The notes under the pieces were generated by a model that worked only from the letters and a program-made list of their open reading frames with translations, made no database searches and was not told where the DNA came from. The translations under genes were made by a program, and so were the position numbers. Positions 58,364 to 64,000 of a stretch of 64,000 nt of DNA are shown piece after piece; within the stretch, counting starts at the first letter, position 1, and each line of letters begins with the position of its first letter. Source of the stretch: Candidatus Latescibacterota bacterium (lineage in GTDB: Bacteria > Latescibacterota > UBA2968 > UBA8231); NCBI GenBank assembly GCA_965248265.1, contig CBDFJF010000001.1, forward strand, positions 2,656,001 through 2,720,000, in the 5' to 3' direction.

Positions 58364-59323
58364 ATGATGAAAATACCCGGAATCGAAGAAGTCGCGGCAT
58401 TGCTGCGTGAGGGCGACGACTTTCTCATCACTTCGCATGTAAATACGGATGGCGACAGCATCGCCTCGTGCCTGGCACTGTTGGCCCTGCTGAAGGCGCA
58501 GGGTAAACGCGGCACCGTGGTGTTGCAGGATCCTCCCCCGGCCAACTTCGATTTTCTGCAGGGTGTCGACGAAATCGGTATCGCCGGCGAAACACCGGCA
58601 CGCTCAGCCCGGTTCGCTGCGGTATTGGACTGTCCCGACCTGGAGCGATCGGGGACCGCGAGGGAGTATGTGGCAGACGACGCGCGCGTCGTCAACGTCG
58701 ACCACCACAAGGGCAATACCAATTTTGGGACGGCCAACCTGGTCACCGGGGAGGTGTCGTCCACCAGCGAGCTGTTGTATCACCTGATTGGGCATGCAGG
58801 ACTTGACGTCGATCGAGATCTGGCCGAGTTGCTCTACACAGGCATACTCTACGACACCGGGGGATTCCGCTACTCCTTGACGACGGCGACGACCCTGGAT
58901 GTGGCGGCGGACCTGGTACGCCATGGCGCTCGCCTGGACATGATCGCCGATCGCGTATTCAACAGCAGTTCGCTCGAGCAGGTCAAAATGATGGGCAAAG
59001 CGGTCGAATCCCTCGAACTGGTCGAGAATGGCCGCATCGCTCTGCTGCACCTGGGAGAGCGTGAGATGAGTACGGCCAATGCCGATGAGGCCGTCAACTA
59101 CGGTCTGATGATCAGAGGCGTCGAAGTCACCTTGCTGCTGAAAGAGGACACGCATGAACGTTATCGCGTCAGCCTGCGTTCACGCGACCGTGTCGATGTC
59201 GACAAGGTGGCCGCTGCCTTCGGCGGCGGTGGACACAACCGGGCTTCTGGTTGCCGGATGGAAGGAGTGCGGGAGCAGGTCATGCAGGCTCTGGTACGGG
59301 AAGTCGTGAAGCAGCTTGACTAG
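58364..59323 (+). CDS. nrnA: DHH/DHHA1 nanoRNase/pAp phosphatase
   Basis: 'H..TDGD', 'DHH', 'DTGGF', 'SLRS', 'GGGGH'. Confidence 0.9.
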   Translation: MMKIPGIEEVAALLREGDDFLITSHVNTDGDSIASCLALLALLKAQGKRGTVVLQDPPPANFDFLQGVDEIGIAGETPARSARFAAVLDCPDLERSGTAREYVADDARVVNVDHHKGNTNFGTANLVTGEVSSTSELLYHLIGHAGLDVDRDLAELLYTGILYDTGGFRYSLTTATTLDVAADLVRHGARLDMIADRVFNSSSLEQVKMMGKAVESLELVENGRIALLHLGEREMSTANADEAVNYGLMIRGVEVTLLLKEDTHERYRVSLRSRDRVDVDKVAAAFGGGGHNRASGCRMEGVREQVMQALVREVVKQLD

Positions 59324-60227
59324 TCATCTTATCACTCTCAAGGACTGGTCGGGTGATGATATCCGGCAGGTGGTCGAAGAGGGCATCGCCCTCAAGCAGG
59401 ATCCGTCACGGGGCCGTGGCGCCCTGGCCCAACAGACCCTGGCGTTGTTATTCCAGAAAACCTCTACCCGCACGCGATGCTCAGGCGAGATCGGCATGAG
59501 CCAGCTGGGTGGGCAGGCCATCTACCTAGACTGGCGTGCCAGCAACTTCGGTCTGTCCGACCTGGGCGATGAGGTCCGTGTGCTTTCCGCCTACGTCGAC
59601 TTCATCGTTGCCCGATTGCTACATCATGACGACCTCAGGACGGTGGCCGCCGCTGCCACGGTGCCGGTGATGAACGGCTGTTGCGACCGCTACCATCCGC
59701 TGCAGATCCTCGCCGACCTGCAGACGATTCAAGAAAAGCTGGACCGGCTTGAGGGGGTTAGACTGACATATGCCGGCGTGCACAACAACGTCTGCAACTC
59801 CCTGATCGCCGCCGGACTCAAGGTCGGCATGGAGATCACCGTGGTCGCCCCCGAGATCAACGCCGCTACCGTCGACGAGGAGTTGCTTGCCCAGGCACGT
59901 AGCGCCGGGACCTACAAGACGTGCGACGATCTGCGACGCGGCGTCGAGGATTGCGATGCCGTGTACACGGACACCTGGCTGGATATGGAGTACTTCGACA
60001 ACCCGGATTTCAAAGAAGAGAAGGAGCGCCGGCTCGCGCTTCTGCTTCCGTATCAGCTGAACAGGTCAGTGCTGGAAGGCCTGGACGCATTGATCATGCA
60101 TTGCCTGCCTGCCCACCGGGGATACGAAATCGAGGGAGAGCTCATTGACGATCCGCGCTCTGTGCTGTTCGATCAGGCGGAAAACCGCCTGCACAGTCAG
60201 AAAGCTGCTCTGCTCAAGCTGGCGTAG
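59316..60227 (+). CDS. argF: Ornithine carbamoyltransferase-like protein
   Basis: 'STRT', 'HPLQ.LAD', 'MHCLPAHRG', 'QAENRLH'. Confidence 0.88.
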   Translation: MTSHLITLKDWSGDDIRQVVEEGIALKQDPSRGRGALAQQTLALLFQKTSTRTRCSGEIGMSQLGGQAIYLDWRASNFGLSDLGDEVRVLSAYVDFIVARLLHHDDLRTVAAAATVPVMNGCCDRYHPLQILADLQTIQEKLDRLEGVRLTYAGVHNNVCNSLIAAGLKVGMEITVVAPEINAATVDEELLAQARSAGTYKTCDDLRRGVEDCDAVYTDTWLDMEYFDNPDFKEEKERRLALLLPYQLNRSVLEGLDALIMHCLPAHRGYEIEGELIDDPRSVLFDQAENRLHSQKAALLKLA

Positions 60228-60258
60228 CCGGCGCCGTGATCCCGTCGGTCGGCGGCGT

Positions 60259-61032
60259 GTGTTTCTGACCGCCGCCGCTTTTTTCTGGATGGCGTCGCTG
60301 ACGTCCCCCCTGATCGCTCAGGAAGCCGCGGATACGACGGTGGAAGAGGCGGATACGACCGTCGTCGAGGCCCCGAAGTCCAAGTACGGCATATTCGCCG
60401 GCTACCTGCCCGACTCACCCGAGGCTGGGCCGCAACTGGCCGTCGGCCTGGGACGCTACCTCGTCAATTTCGGCAGCCGCGACGGGGTCAAGAAGGGCAG
60501 CATTTTCGAAGTTCAACGGCACGAGCGCTACGTCGGCCTGGTGCGCGTCGAGCAGGTGTGGCGCGACTCCGCGTCCGTACGGGTCGTTAATCTCGAACGA
60601 TGGGAACACCCCCCTCGTTCCACCAACGCCCTGCCACTGTGGGACGGACAGCCCTACACCTTCTGGCTCTTCCCGCACTATGTGTTGCTGGAAACCGTCC
60701 ACTTCGATCTGGGAAAACCCGTGTTCACACCGGCAATGCACGACCGCCTGCGCTACGCAGCACGATTTATCCTGTCGTTCCCCGACTTCCCGGTCGTGAT
60801 CGAAGGGCACACGGACAACAGCGGAGCAGCAGAGAAGAATCTGGTTCTCAGCCGTAACCGCGCCGAGGAGATAAGACGCTACCTCTACGAGATTCAACTC
60901 GTCCCGATGGAGCAGATGCACCCGGTTGGGTTTGGGGAGACCCGGCCGGTGACCCCCAACTCATCGGAAGACGGCCGCCGGCAGAACCGTCGCGTCGACA
61001 TCATCTTGATGAATGAATTCAAGGAGGAATAA
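60259..61032 (+). CDS. Secreted OmpA-family peptidoglycan-binding protein
   Basis: Signal peptide; 'EGHTD', 'LS..RA', 'GFGETRP', 'QNRRVDI'. Confidence 0.85.
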   Translation: MFLTAAAFFWMASLTSPLIAQEAADTTVEEADTTVVEAPKSKYGIFAGYLPDSPEAGPQLAVGLGRYLVNFGSRDGVKKGSIFEVQRHERYVGLVRVEQVWRDSASVRVVNLERWEHPPRSTNALPLWDGQPYTFWLFPHYVLLETVHFDLGKPVFTPAMHDRLRYAARFILSFPDFPVVIEGHTDNSGAAEKNLVLSRNRAEEIRRYLYEIQLVPMEQMHPVGFGETRPVTPNSSEDGRRQNRRVDIILMNEFKEE

Positions 61033-61053
61033 CCCTGCCCTTGCGGTAGAGTC

Positions 61054-61539
61054 CTATTCCTTGCGTTTGTAGTGCCCGCTGCGGCCGCCCGTTTTCTCAA
61101 CCAGGCTGACCTCCCCGATCACCATGCCGCGATCCATCGCCTTACACATGTCGTAGATCGTCAGCAAAGCCACGGTGGCCGCCGTCATCGCCTCCATCTC
61201 CACCCCCGTACGCGCGGCGACTCTCGCCTCAGCTTCCACGGCAATGCGATCAGCGCCCAACACGATTGTCACGTCGACGAAGTCCAGTGCCAGGGGATGG
61301 CACAGCGGAATCAGCTCGCCCGTGCGTTTGGCCGCCATGATGCCCGCCAGGCGTGCCGTTTCCAGGACATTGCCCTTGGCGATCTGATCGGCAGCCACGG
61401 CCTGTAGCGTTTCCGGACGCATGCGGATCTCCCCACACGTGCGAGCGTAGCGCTGCGTCACTTCCTTGTCACCGACATCCACCATGCGGGTACGCCCTTG
61501 GGCATCGAGGTGCGTCAGTGTCTTGTCAGATGAACCCAT
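61054..61539 (-). CDS. moaC: Cyclic pyranopterin monophosphate synthase
   Basis: 'THLD..G..RMVDV', 'LIPLCHP', 'TGVEMEA', 'YDMCKA'. Confidence 0.97.
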   Translation of the reverse strand: MGSSDKTLTHLDAQGRTRMVDVGDKEVTQRYARTCGEIRMRPETLQAVAADQIAKGNVLETARLAGIMAAKRTGELIPLCHPLALDFVDVTIVLGADRIAVEAEARVAARTGVEMEAMTAATVALLTIYDMCKAMDRGMVIGEVSLVEKTGGRSGHYKRKE

Positions 61540-61547
61540 TTCGTCAG

Positions 61548-62255
61548 TCACGTCCTGTTTGTGGGCGCGGTAGCACGTTCGTGAGTGAACAAAGCCCCCT
61601 CTCTGTCGAGGGGTTGTAATCGACAATCGAACTCATGTGCGAACTGCTGCGCAACCAGTTCGCTGACCTCTTCCATGTCAGGGCAAGTGCCCACTTGCTC
61701 CCAGACCGAAGTCATAACGTCACTGTCTAGACCGCATGGGTTGATGTAGCTGAAATGGGAAAGATCGGTGGCCACGTTGAGGGCGAATCCATGCATCGTG
61801 ATCCAGTGGCGTACATGGATGCCGATGGAAGCGATCTTGCGGTCTCCGACCCACACGCCGGTCCAACCCTCACGGGTATGACCCTCAAGCCCGTAGACTC
61901 CCAGCGCCCCGATTAAAACCTGTTCGAGTTGCCGTATGAATCGATGTACATCACGGCCCCGCGACCTCAGGTCCATGATCGGGTAGCCGACGAGCTGGCC
62001 GGGGCCGTGGTAGGTCACGCTTCCGCCTCGCTCGACTTCGTGCAAGTCGAAGCCAAGGCCACCGAGTGTGTCCGCATCGTTCTTCAGGTGCTCTGGACGG
62101 GAAGATCTGCCCAGCGTGAATGTCGGTGGATGCTCCACGTGCAGGAGGACATCCGACAGGCCCTCAGACCGCCTTCTCTCTCTCAGGGATCGCTGCCAGG
62201 CCCACGCCTGAGCGTAGTTCAGCTGTCCGGCATGGCAAAACCCCAATTCAGTCAC
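61548..62255 (-). CDS. lipB: Lipoyl(octanoyl) transferase
   Basis: 'EHPPTFTLG', 'RGGSVTYHGPGQL', 'KIASIG', 'HGFALN', 'NPCG'. Confidence 0.96.
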   Translation of the reverse strand: MTELGFCHAGQLNYAQAWAWQRSLRERRRSEGLSDVLLHVEHPPTFTLGRSSRPEHLKNDADTLGGLGFDLHEVERGGSVTYHGPGQLVGYPIMDLRSRGRDVHRFIRQLEQVLIGALGVYGLEGHTREGWTGVWVGDRKIASIGIHVRHWITMHGFALNVATDLSHFSYINPCGLDSDVMTSVWEQVGTCPDMEEVSELVAQQFAHEFDCRLQPLDREGALFTHERATAPTNRT

Positions 62256-62296
62256 CTGAGAGCCACCCAGTTTCCCCTGTATGGAAAATTGTGAGC

Positions 62297-62325
62297 TTGC
62301 CTAACTTCTGGAACGGAGCTATATT
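62297..62325 (+). promoter_or_regulatory. Sigma70 promoter for groEL
   Basis: TTGCCT-N17-TATATT. Confidence 0.6.
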
Positions 62326-62345
62326 GAATGTTTGTCAATTAAAAA

Positions 62346-62372
62346 ATAGCACTCTCCGCCTTTGAGTGCTAA
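62346..62372 (+). promoter_or_regulatory. CIRCE element (HrcA operator)
   Basis: aTAGCACTC-N9-GAGTGCTAA, one mismatch to consensus, upstream of groEL. Confidence 0.93.
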
Positions 62373-62425
62373 TTGTTCTTTTTCAATCAGAGTAACACAC
62401 AACCGCATATTTTACAGGTACTTAA

Positions 62426-64000
<1,575 letters not shown>

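Overview
GC-rich bacterial chromosomal window made mostly of housekeeping genes: pdxST, ino1, dusB, uppS-cdsA-rseP-queG, ftsY, ribDE-BA-H-nusB, secA, purC, tgt-yajC-fmt, tRNA-Ala, mfd-ppiC-surA, argF, moaC, lipB and a CIRCE-preceded groEL. The envelope genes (PorV/PorQ-family barrels, a FlgD-Ig C-terminal domain, a 'TWGxVK' C-terminal tail) suggest a diderm FCB-superphylum candidate lineage such as Latescibacterota; this is inference only. The only mobile element seen is one complete IS630 element. Most notable observations: (1) a compact T9SS-like export cluster at 38.0-44.2 kb; (2) a pair of paralogous secreted proteins behind a CRP/FNR-type promoter, one a lipoprotein and one with a TWGxVK tail hit by the IS; (3) a RibBA whose RibB half appears catalytically degenerate; (4) nusB with no canonical start codon; (5) a 26-bp palindromic tandem array at 7.3 kb; (6) a LysR gene divergent from ino1 with a perfect operator palindrome. 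All family calls come from motif recognition by eye; no searches were run. Several start codons were re-assigned from the ORF track.
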